The notes under the pieces: model-generated
The model's database searches: none
The model's input: only the letters and a program-made list of their open reading frames with translations
What the model was told of the DNA's origin: nothing
NCBI GenBank assembly: GCA_903899825.1
Contig: CAIUKU010000178.1
Span: forward strand, 2,961-26,960
Reading direction: 5' to 3'
DNA: 24,000 nt
Source: an uncultured Bacteroidales bacterium
GTDB taxonomy: Bacteria > Bacteroidota > Bacteroidia > Bacteroidales > JACABE01
Shown: piece by piece, positions 1 through 7,238 of the stretch
Layout: the number at the start of each line of letters is the position of its first letter
Position numbering within the stretch: position 1 is the first letter of the stretch
Made by a program: the position numbers and the translations under genes

Positions 1-1
1 G

Positions 2-766
2 GAGGGCAAAAAAACTTTTACCGGCAATGTAATGGCTGCTATGCTAGGAATTGTTACACCTTTCTGCTCATGTTCAGCTATTCCGCTGTTTTTAGGTTTT
101 GTTGAAGCCGGAGTTCCATTGGGTGTTACCTTCTCGTTTCTGATAGCAGCTCCAATGATCAACGAAGTAGCCATTATATTGTTATATGGTTTGTTTGGTT
201 GGAAAGTAGCGTTGATTTATGTAGTGACAGGTTTATCGATTGCCATCATTGCCGGATGGATCATCGGATTGCTTAAACTCGAAAAGTGGGTGGAACCCTG
301 GGTGTATGAAACCAAGGTAGGGCATAACGGTATGGACGATGGTAAAATAGCTTTTGAAACGCGTATCAATATGGGTTTTGACGCTGTTAAAGAAATTGTA
401 GGTAAAGTTTGGATATATGTAGCATTGGGGATAGCGGTTGGAGCCGGAGCGCATGGTTATGTTCCTGAGGATTTTATGGCTGCCCTTATGGGTAAATCTG
501 CCTGGTATTCGGTGCCCCTCTCAATTTTAATTGGAATTCCATTGTATTCCAATGCAGCCGGAATTGTACCAATCGTTTCTGTTTTGATAGAAAAAGGAGC
601 ATCTTTAGGCACTGCTTTGGCATTCATGATGTCAGTAATTGGCTTATCTTTACCGGAAATGGTAATTCTGCGTAAAGTATTAAAACTCCCGCTCATATTC
701 ACTTTTATAGGAGTAGTAGGGGTGGGGATTATGATTGTAGGATTTTTATTTAACTTTATTTTTTAA
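2..766 (+). CDS. arsP: DUF318/YraQ-family permease (ArsP-type, vicinal-Cys), 5'-truncated by the window edge
   Basis: The frame is open from position 2 with no stop before the ATG at 32, so the N-terminus lies upstream of the window. Polytopic hydrophobic protein with TPFCSCSAIPLF, the CxC motif typical of the permease family that includes the methylarsenite exporter ArsP. The symbol is tentative and rests on motif and context only. Confidence 0.7.
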   Translation, partial: EGKKTFTGNVMAAMLGIVTPFCSCSAIPLFLGFVEAGVPLGVTFSFLIAAPMINEVAIILLYGLFGWKVALIYVVTGLSIAIIAGWIIGLLKLEKWVEPWVYETKVGHNGMDDGKIAFETRINMGFDAVKEIVGKVWIYVALGIAVGAGAHGYVPEDFMAALMGKSAWYSVPLSILIGIPLYSNAAGIVPIVSVLIEKGASLGTALAFMMSVIGLSLPEMVILRKVLKLPLIFTFIGVVGVGIMIVGFLFNFIF

Positions 767-769
767 AAT

Positions 770-1144
770 ATGGAAAAAAATAAATCAGGCTGTTCTTGTT
801 CTGACAAAGTCGAAAAAACAGTTTTATCTTGCTCTGGTGCAAGTGATTTGGGAGAAATTACAGATTTATTGGCACGCAAACTTAAAACGAATAATCTGCG
901 AAATATGAAATGTATGGCAATGATTGCCTGTGATGATAAGGTCCTGATTGAAAATCTGAAATCAGCCAATATTCTGGTGATTGACGGCTGTGCAGTTGAT
1001 TGTGCCAAAAAGATTATGGAAAAAGCTGGTCTGAATAATTTCAGGCATATCCGATTGACTGATTACGGTTTTAAGAAAGGACAATCACCTGCAAATGAAG
1101 AAAATGTAAGTAAGGTGTATAATGATATTCAATACGTTTTTTAA
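770..1144 (+). CDS. DGC-domain (putative zinc-binding) protein
   Basis: 124 aa. Has the central VIDGCAVDCAKK (DGC) motif plus SCSGASDLGE and an N-terminal GCSCS. Starts 3 nt after the permease stop. Confidence 0.7.
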   Translation: MEKNKSGCSCSDKVEKTVLSCSGASDLGEITDLLARKLKTNNLRNMKCMAMIACDDKVLIENLKSANILVIDGCAVDCAKKIMEKAGLNNFRHIRLTDYGFKKGQSPANEENVSKVYNDIQYVF

Positions 1145-1563
1145 TGTTTTTTATGGAAGTCTTATTTGAAAATTATGGTATGATTATAAAGGGTGTAAGA
1201 CATATCTCGCCCGGAGAAGCTATTGAATTGTGTAAAAAAGGGGCAGTAATGATGGATGTAAGAGAGGATTACCTCAATACTTTTAAAACCTTTGATGTGC
1301 CTCAGTTAATTTCTATTCCTTTTAGTGAGATGAAAAACAGATGGAATGAACTTTCCAAAGATATGTATATGATTCTTGCTGATTCTGTTGGATTGTACAG
1401 CCATGAAGCTGTAGAATTTTTGATAGAAAAGGGATTTACGAATATTGCCAATATGGCTGGCGGCATTGTGGATTGGGAAAAAGATGGATTACCTATGAAA
1501 ATCAATACCAAAGAAAGATTGTCAGGTAGTTGCATGTGTCAGTTAAAGCCAAGGGAAAAATAA
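1144..1563 (+). CDS. Rhodanese-homology domain protein lacking the catalytic cysteine
   Basis: Rhodanese-like layout: ISPGEA...MDVRE...FLIEKGFTNIANMAGGIVDWEKDG. The active-site loop reads ADSVGLYS where CxxGxRS is expected. The ATG overlaps the upstream stop (TAATG). Alternative start at 1153. Confidence 0.65.
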   Translation: MFFMEVLFENYGMIIKGVRHISPGEAIELCKKGAVMMDVREDYLNTFKTFDVPQLISIPFSEMKNRWNELSKDMYMILADSVGLYSHEAVEFLIEKGFTNIANMAGGIVDWEKDGLPMKINTKERLSGSCMCQLKPREK

Positions 1564-1565
1564 AT

Positions 1566-2324
1566 ATGGCAACTCTGAATATTAAGATATTAGGTGCAAA
1601 CTGCAATAAGTGTAATACTTTGTTATTAAGGATTCAGCATATTGTTGCTAAATATCAACTGGATGCAGACGTTGAAAAATTTATGGATACCCAACTTAAT
1701 ATAAGCTATAATATATTCACAACTCCGGCTTTAATTATTAATAATCAAGTTGTTTCGAAAGGCTGTATGCTTTCTGAAAAGCAAATTATTAAAAAAATTA
1801 ATTCATACTTAGCAGAGGATAAGCAAATAGTTTTTACAAATCAGGAAAGTAATAAGGCAAATAAAATTGTATTTTTTTCAGGTTTATTAATTATTTTAGC
1901 AGTTATTAGCTTTCTTTTATTAAAAAATAAACAAGCCATCAATACTGAAGAAAAAATCAATAAATCAGCAATTTATAAGCCAAATATAGCGGATAGCCTT
2001 CGCTTGATGTATGATTATTCTAAACAAAATACTACTTATGAACTTAGCTTTTTAGAATTTGGATCTACAGGCTGTCGTGAATGCAAAATGATGGAAGAAG
2101 TGATGAAAGCGGTTAAAATAAATTTTACAAATCGCATTAATGTGGTTTTTTATAATGTTACTGAAAAAGAGAACAAGTCTATCAGCAAACATTTTGGAAT
2201 ACAAATAATTCCAGTTCAAGTTTTGCTAAATAAAAACGGAAAAGAAGTTTTCAGACATATAGGGTTTTATTCTTATAAAAACTTATGCCTTGAGTTTAAG
2301 AAAAATGGATTAATTCGCAATTAA
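1566..2324 (+). CDS. Bitopic protein with two thioredoxin-fold domains (N-terminal redox-active-disulfide-protein-2 type, TM helix, C-terminal CxxC Trx domain)
   Basis: N-terminal KILGANCNKCNTL...TPALIINNQVV resembles the small TM0996/MTH895 glutaredoxin-like family. One hydrophobic helix (IVFFSGLLIILAVISFLLL) follows, then FLEFGSTGCRECKMM...IIPVQVLLNKNGKEV (Trx fold with CxxC). The start at 1566 (MATLNIK) is preferred over 1530 because 1530 overlaps the rhodanese gene. Confidence 0.65.
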   Translation: MATLNIKILGANCNKCNTLLLRIQHIVAKYQLDADVEKFMDTQLNISYNIFTTPALIINNQVVSKGCMLSEKQIIKKINSYLAEDKQIVFTNQESNKANKIVFFSGLLIILAVISFLLLKNKQAINTEEKINKSAIYKPNIADSLRLMYDYSKQNTTYELSFLEFGSTGCRECKMMEEVMKAVKINFTNRINVVFYNVTEKENKSISKHFGIQIIPVQVLLNKNGKEVFRHIGFYSYKNLCLEFKKNGLIRN

Positions 2325-2334
2325 ATCTTTTCAA

Positions 2335-2691
2335 ATGAATATAAAATTGATTATTTTGAGTTCAATGATTGTATTTTCAATTGTTTTTCTATCCTGCAAG
2401 AAAGATGAAAACAAACAACTAACTCAACCAACAGATAATCTGGCTATAGATAGCCTGGTTGCAACAAAAACTAATATTAAGATTTATGAGCAAACTTTTA
2501 TAACAGCTTATACCAGAGGGAAGAATCTTAAATTTCAATGGAATGCAAATCATGGAACTATCGAAACTACTGATTCTTCAACGGTTATGTATTGGGCATG
2601 TCCAAGCTGTGTCGGATTAAATACCATTGAATGTAAAGTTACCAACGATTACGGTACTGTTTCTGATACTATTATGATCAATGTATATTAA
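2335..2691 (+). CDS. Small lipoprotein, Ig/PKD-like, contains a CPSC motif
   Basis: Signal peptide with lipobox (VFLSC|KKD). Beta-rich mature part ending in YWACPSCVGLNTIECKVTNDYG. Function unknown. Confidence 0.55.
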   Translation: MNIKLIILSSMIVFSIVFLSCKKDENKQLTQPTDNLAIDSLVATKTNIKIYEQTFITAYTRGKNLKFQWNANHGTIETTDSSTVMYWACPSCVGLNTIECKVTNDYGTVSDTIMINVY

Positions 2692-2697
2692 TTAACG

Positions 2698-3645
2698 ATG
2701 AAGAAAATACATATACTTATTTTATTGCTTTTGTTAATTTCATGTAAAAGCTTTTCTCAATGTTGTTCAGCAGGCAATCCTCTGGGTGGTGATGGCTCCA
2801 ATGAAGGATTGAACAAAAATGAGCTCAAATTATTCACTTCCTTCAAGTACAGTTTATCTAAGAACTATTATCATCTGGATGCTCCATACGATATTCCCAA
2901 TGTTGAAAAGAGTTATTACGATTACCAGAATATTTCATTTACCTATGGAATTTTCTCACGATTGTCAGTTTATACCGAATTGGGTTATTTTTTTAGTAAA
3001 ACGCAGGAAGTTAAACTGACCAATGATCAAATCATCATTCAATCCAAAGGCTTGGGCGATTTAGGAGTAAGCTTGCGCTATATGTTACTGAAAACCGTTA
3101 AACCAGTTTCTCAGCTTGTTATTTCAGGGGGTGCAAAAATCCCGATAGGAGCTTTTAATGAAGAAATTGATGGAGCTATGGTGCCTATCTCTTTACAACC
3201 TTCTTCAGGTGCATTAAAATTCAATGCCGGAATTTATTATTCCAGAAAACGTGCTGACTTAAAATTTGGTTGGAATTCTTTTCTCTTTTTTGAAAGCAGC
3301 AACACCATTGATCAGGGTTTTTTGATTTATAAGTATGGTAATCTATTGCAGCTTTCTATTGCAGCAACTTATGAAATTCAGCGAAAACTAAACTTTATAT
3401 TCAATTCAAAGTTTGAATGGAGAGCTCACGATCTAAGAGAAAAAGAAATGATGATTGAATCTACCGGAGGCAAAGTGTTTTTTTTGAATCCGCAACTGGT
3501 ATATGCATTTAAACCGGGCTGGAGTTTAATTGCAATGGCAGATATCCCTGTATATAAATATGTGAATGGCTATCAGCTGACCCATAGTTTTTCGATTCAA
3601 TTGGGTATAAGGAAAAGTTTAAAATTTTGTAATTCTGGAATTTAG
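2698..3645 (+). CDS. Putative outer-membrane beta-barrel protein
   Basis: Signal peptide (MKKIHILILLLLLISCKSFSQ), about 300 aa with alternating hydrophobic/aromatic beta-strand patterning, and a mature N-terminus of QCCSAGNP. The family was not identified with certainty. Confidence 0.5.
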   Translation: MKKIHILILLLLLISCKSFSQCCSAGNPLGGDGSNEGLNKNELKLFTSFKYSLSKNYYHLDAPYDIPNVEKSYYDYQNISFTYGIFSRLSVYTELGYFFSKTQEVKLTNDQIIIQSKGLGDLGVSLRYMLLKTVKPVSQLVISGGAKIPIGAFNEEIDGAMVPISLQPSSGALKFNAGIYYSRKRADLKFGWNSFLFFESSNTIDQGFLIYKYGNLLQLSIAATYEIQRKLNFIFNSKFEWRAHDLREKEMMIESTGGKVFFLNPQLVYAFKPGWSLIAMADIPVYKYVNGYQLTHSFSIQLGIRKSLKFCNSGI

Positions 3646-3823
3646 AATTGAGTTATTAACAGTATTCTTAACCTATAGCTTAGCCTCAAATTAAAAAACC
3701 ATAAAAAATATTATTTTATAATGTAATTTAAACAAGAAAACTGCCTGTAAAAATAAGGTTTTTTTTTTTATTGGTTTTATTGCAAAATCCATTTCAATCA
3801 TATTTTTTTGATTAAATTTTATT

Positions 3824-3831
3824 TACTTTTG
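3824..3831 (+). promoter_or_regulatory. Bacteroidota -7 promoter box (TACTTTTG = TAnnTTTG)
   Basis: Exact match to the TAnnTTTG consensus, placed a few nt upstream of the first base of the fluoride aptamer. Confidence 0.6.
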
Positions 3832-3833
3832 CA

Positions 3834-3886
3834 AATGGCTTTGGAGTTAGCCGTAAACCGCATTTAATAGCTGATGACTCCTACAT
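3834..3886 (+). promoter_or_regulatory. Fluoride riboswitch (crcB RNA motif) aptamer
   Basis: GGCUUUGGAGUUAGCC-GUAAACCGC-AUUUAAUAGC-UGAUGACUCCUAC. It has a P1 hairpin (GGCU/AGCC), a loop GGAGU able to pair with the downstream ACUCC (pseudoknot), and the conserved AAACCGC and UGAUGAnUCCUAC blocks. It lies directly upstream of crcB. Confidence 0.85.
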
Positions 3887-3917
3887 TTACTTTGTTTTAC
3901 AAAAGCAATATCAGTAT

Positions 3918-4295
3918 ATGTTTAAAATTATTCTTATTATTGGCTCGGGTAGTTTTTTGGGAGGCATCGCCCGATTTCTCACTTCCAGGTATATTCAAAA
4001 CACTTTTATTTCTGCATTTCCTTATGGAACATTTCTGGTTAATATTATTGGTTGCTTATTCATTGGCATTATCTTTGGTATTTCTGAAAAAGGCAATCTA
4101 ATGAATACTGAATGGAAAATGTTTTTAACCATTGGATTTTGCGGAGGTTTTACCACATTTTCAACTTTTGCTATTGAAAATCTTGCTTTGCTTAGAAACG
4201 GAAATATCTTTCATTTTGCGCTTTATACCGGATTAAGTGTTTTTCTGGGAATTATGGCAACTTATTTAGGAAATATGATTACTAAAATAGTATAA
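3918..4295 (+). CDS. crcB: Fluoride channel CrcB/FluC
   Basis: 125 aa, four hydrophobic helices, signature GFCGGFTTFSTF, preceded by a fluoride riboswitch. Confidence 0.92.
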   Translation: MFKIILIIGSGSFLGGIARFLTSRYIQNTFISAFPYGTFLVNIIGCLFIGIIFGISEKGNLMNTEWKMFLTIGFCGGFTTFSTFAIENLALLRNGNIFHFALYTGLSVFLGIMATYLGNMITKIV

Positions 4296-4297
4296 AG

Positions 4298-4666
4298 ATG
4301 GAAACAAATTCAGATGTCAGATTATTAAGGATTTATATTAGTAATACCGATAAATTCAGGCATACTTCCTTATCAGAAGCCATTGTTTTTGCTGCCCGTC
4401 GTTATGGACTTTCGGGTGCAACTGTTTTAAAAGGGATAATGGGATATGGCTCAAGCAGGATTATACAATCAATAAAGTTCTGGGAAATTACCGAAAAAAT
4501 TCCAATAGTTATTGAAATTGTGGATAATGCAGACAAAATTGAAAAGTTTACCCAAATTATTTTACCCTGGTTCGATAAACTTAAATACGGTTGTATGATA
4601 ACTTCTGAAAAAGTGGAAGTCGTGCTTTATAAAAAGGGAAACCCAAAACGAATGTTTGAAAATTAG
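4298..4666 (+). CDS. DUF190 (PII-like, COG1993) protein, a frequent crcB partner
   Basis: 122 aa with LLRIYISNTDKF...LSGATVLKGIMGYG. Starts 2 nt after the crcB stop. Confidence 0.75.
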   Translation: METNSDVRLLRIYISNTDKFRHTSLSEAIVFAARRYGLSGATVLKGIMGYGSSRIIQSIKFWEITEKIPIVIEIVDNADKIEKFTQIILPWFDKLKYGCMITSEKVEVVLYKKGNPKRMFEN

Positions 4667-4888
4667 AAAACAGGATGTCTAATTCAAGAAAACAGTAATA
4701 AATTCAAGAACTGAAAATTATTTGTGAAAATATATCCTAGATTTTCAAGGATTTTCTTCAAATAATTATAGAGTTTTTATTTAATTATTTATCAATAGTT
4801 TAGATTGTGCAAATTTTCTTTTAGACTGCTTCTTAAACATTTTTTTGATTAAGTATTTAAAAAATATTGTTTTATCAATTTAATGTCG

Positions 4889-4896
4889 TATGTTTG
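4889..4896 (+). promoter_or_regulatory. Bacteroidota -7 promoter box (TATGTTTG) for arsR
   Basis: TAnnTTTG match 20 nt upstream of the ATG at 4916. It lies inside the longer ORF variant starting at 4883, which argues for the 4916 start. Confidence 0.5.
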
Positions 4897-4915
4897 CGTC
4901 ATTAAACATTATAAA

Positions 4916-5251
4916 ATGACAAAAGATATTTCAATTGAATATACTACAGATCAACAGCTAGTTGCAAATTATGCAAGGGTGTTGTCACATCCAGCACGAA
5001 TAGCAATAATTCAACTTTTAGCAGAAAAAAAAGAAATCCGCACAGGAAATATTTCCGATTTTCTGCCTTTAAGCAGGACTACTGTTTCGCAACATTTGAA
5101 AGAATTGAAAGAAATTGGTATAATTAATGGAACCATTGATGGATTGAAAATTCATTATTGTTTAAATCCAATAAAACTCAACGAAATCAGAATTCTTTTC
5201 AATCAGCTATTTGATCAATCCATCAGCAACTTTATATGCAACTGCGATTAA
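4916..5251 (+). CDS. arsR: ArsR/SmtB-family metalloregulator
   Basis: Winged-HTH core LSHPARIAIIQLL...ISDFLPLSRTTVSQHLKELKEIGII. It lacks the R773-type CVC in helix 3. Its only cysteines are HYC and the C-terminal ICNCD. Confidence 0.85.
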   Translation: MTKDISIEYTTDQQLVANYARVLSHPARIAIIQLLAEKKEIRTGNISDFLPLSRTTVSQHLKELKEIGIINGTIDGLKIHYCLNPIKLNEIRILFNQLFDQSISNFICNCD

Positions 5252-5278
5252 TTATTCACTCATTTAAATATATACAAA

Positions 5279-6007
5279 ATGAAAAAAATCACAATGTTTA
5301 TTTTATGCACAATGTTTGTAATGTCAAACATATTTGCACAGGGAGCAAAATCAGAAATCGGAAAAGCTCAGAAATCAGGTAAGACTACCTTTTTGATCGT
5401 AACAGACAAAACGGCAAAAGGAACGGATGCACTTATAAAGATTGCAGAAAATGCAAAGAAAAAGGCGAAAAATACAGTAGTAATCAAATTAGATCGGGAT
5501 GATAAAGCCAATGCGGCTTTGATTGCAAAATACAGACTTGCCGGTGCTCCATTGCCAATGGTTTTGGTTGTTGCAACAACAGATGTGGTTACCGGTGCTC
5601 TTTCTGCTTCAGATGCAACAATCGAAAAGCTAATTGCCGATATTCCTTCCAAAAACCAGGCTGATGTTTTATTGGGTTTTGAAAACGGTAAAGCAGCCCT
5701 TATTATCTGCGGAAAGAAAAATGCAAAAGATAAAGATGCTATAATGAACGAATGTAAAACAGCCGCAGCAAGTCTTGGAAATAAAGCCAACGTTGTTTTT
5801 ATTGATATTGATAGTAAAGATGAAGCTAATTTTATTGCGTTGTTAAATCCTGATAAAACTAAAACCACTGTTTTGATTTTTAATGGAAAAGGTCAGTATA
5901 CTGGTGTCCATGAATCAAAAGCAAAATCAACCGATCTTGTAAAAACGGTAAATAAAAAAGTAGGTGGTTGCAGTCCGGGAAGTTGTGGGAGTGGTAAAAA
6001 ATGCTAA
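5279..6007 (+). CDS. Secreted Lys/Ala-rich protein, tandem thioredoxin-like repeats without CxxC, Cys-rich tail
   Basis: Signal peptide (MKKITMFILCTMFVMSNIFAQ). Two internally similar segments (TTFLIVTDKTAKG...VVIKLDRDD...PLPMVLVV and AALIICGKKNAKD...VVFIDIDSKD...TTVLIFNGKG). C-terminal GGCSPGSCGSGKKC. The fold assignment is pattern-based only. Confidence 0.5.
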   Translation: MKKITMFILCTMFVMSNIFAQGAKSEIGKAQKSGKTTFLIVTDKTAKGTDALIKIAENAKKKAKNTVVIKLDRDDKANAALIAKYRLAGAPLPMVLVVATTDVVTGALSASDATIEKLIADIPSKNQADVLLGFENGKAALIICGKKNAKDKDAIMNECKTAAASLGNKANVVFIDIDSKDEANFIALLNPDKTKTTVLIFNGKGQYTGVHESKAKSTDLVKTVNKKVGGCSPGSCGSGKKC

Positions 6008-6019
6008 TAAACGCTTTCT

Positions 6020-7237
6020 ATGAACTTATTTAAACTAGTCTGGATAGAACTCTGGAATAAAAAAACGCAGCTTATATCCAGTTTGATGGCGATAGTAATT
6101 GGAATCGGTGTAATTGTGGGTATCCGTACCATCAATGTATATTCCGAAAAAGCGGTAGCTGTTAAACTCGATAATCTCGGTGCCAATATTCTTGTATTGC
6201 CTCAAGCTGCCAGCATTGATGATTATTACACATCCGACATAGATGCTCCAACCATCCCCATGGAATATGTGGAGAAAATTTTAACTTCTGAGATTCAAGG
6301 TGTTGATAATTTATCGCCCAAACTTACCAGACGTATTGAAATTGGTGGTAAGAAATATGTGCTAACGGGTATTCAACCGAAGAACGAAATGGCATCCAAA
6401 CCACTCTGGCAAAATACCGGCTTTGGCAAGGAATTGCAGGCAAGTTGTGCTCCTACTACAGAAGCAAATACAAGCCATGGTTATGAAGACGAAAAACTGA
6501 AACGCAAAGGAGTGGATAGTCTGGATTATTCTGAATGTTTGCTGGGTACTCAGGCAGCAAAAAGCCTTCATTTGAAAGTAAAAGATAAATTAAAGATACA
6601 GGGAACGGAACTTACTGTTGCAAAATTATTGGATGAAACAGGCACCGTGGATGATGACCGGATATTTGTGAATCTGAAAGCTGCACAGGAAATATTAGGT
6701 ATCAAAGATCAGATCAGCGCCATCGAAATCATGGGTTGCTGTAATGCTATTTCGGATGGTCTGCTGGGAAAACTGAGAAATATATTACCCGATACAAGGA
6801 TTACGACCATAGGTCAGATTGTATCCACCCAGATAGAAACCAATAAAATGATGAAAAAAACTTCCATTATTTTTCTGATTATCATTCTTTTTGTAGGCAG
6901 TATTTCTATCGGTAATTATATGTGGGCCAATGTGAATGAACGTAAAAAAGAAATTGGTATTTTACGTATGATTGGATGCTATAAATCTGAAATATACAAG
7001 ATATTGTTGCTGAAAGCCTGTATTTTAGGATTGATAGGAGGGATACTGGGTTATGCTTTAGGTACATTTGCTGCTTATTATATGGGACCTGTTTTTGCAC
7101 AAATAGAGGTGGCAGCCATCCCTTTGTTTTTAGTATGGGCAGTTTTAATATCTATCGGAATTTCAATTACAGGTTCTTTGCTACCTGCTTATTTTGCAGC
7201 CAGATTCGAACCATTTTCAAACATGCAGGAGGAATAA
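6020..7237 (+). CDS. ABC transporter permease, FtsX/MacB type
   Basis: N-terminal TM helix, a periplasmic domain of about 250 aa, then three C-terminal TM helices with the FtsX-like ILRMIGCYKSEIYKILLLKA segment. The periplasmic domain contains MGCCNAIS. Confidence 0.8.
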   Translation: MNLFKLVWIELWNKKTQLISSLMAIVIGIGVIVGIRTINVYSEKAVAVKLDNLGANILVLPQAASIDDYYTSDIDAPTIPMEYVEKILTSEIQGVDNLSPKLTRRIEIGGKKYVLTGIQPKNEMASKPLWQNTGFGKELQASCAPTTEANTSHGYEDEKLKRKGVDSLDYSECLLGTQAAKSLHLKVKDKLKIQGTELTVAKLLDETGTVDDDRIFVNLKAAQEILGIKDQISAIEIMGCCNAISDGLLGKLRNILPDTRITTIGQIVSTQIETNKMMKKTSIIFLIIILFVGSISIGNYMWANVNERKKEIGILRMIGCYKSEIYKILLLKACILGLIGGILGYALGTFAAYYMGPVFAQIEVAAIPLFLVWAVLISIGISITGSLLPAYFAARFEPFSNMQEE

Positions 7238-7238
7238 A

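Noticed and set aside
233-1008. Minus-strand ORFs 233-454, 457-702 and 763-1008 opposite the permease and DGC genes
   Set aside because: They lie entirely antisense to ORFs with strong family signatures. Their translations are low-complexity with no motifs. They are typical shadow ORFs.
1530-1565. Longer start variants of four genes (1530 for the Trx protein, 4883 for arsR, 7194 for the ABC ATPase, 9315 for hgcA)
   Set aside because: Each extension overlaps the upstream gene or, for arsR, contains the predicted -7 box. Each also adds residues not expected for the family. The internal ATGs give near-abutting operon spacing. This entry's coordinates show the first case only.
3887-3917. Intrinsic terminator as the fluoride riboswitch expression platform
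   Set aside because: Only a weak 5-bp A/U stem (UUUGU/ACAAA) without a U-tract is present, so no terminator was called.
4681-4750. AATTCAAGAA direct repeats (4681, 4704) and TGAAAAT/ATTTTCA repeats (4712, 4725, 4741) as the arsR operator
   Set aside because: These are short A/T-rich words 170-230 nt upstream of arsR and upstream of the predicted promoter box. They are easily explained by chance in AT-rich spacer DNA, so they are mentioned only as EMSA candidates.
5368-5868. 166-aa minus-strand ORF inside the secreted Lys/Ala-rich gene
   Set aside because: It is the antisense reading of a GCN/AAR-rich sequence. It has no start context or motifs, whereas the sense frame has a signal peptide and operon-consistent spacing.
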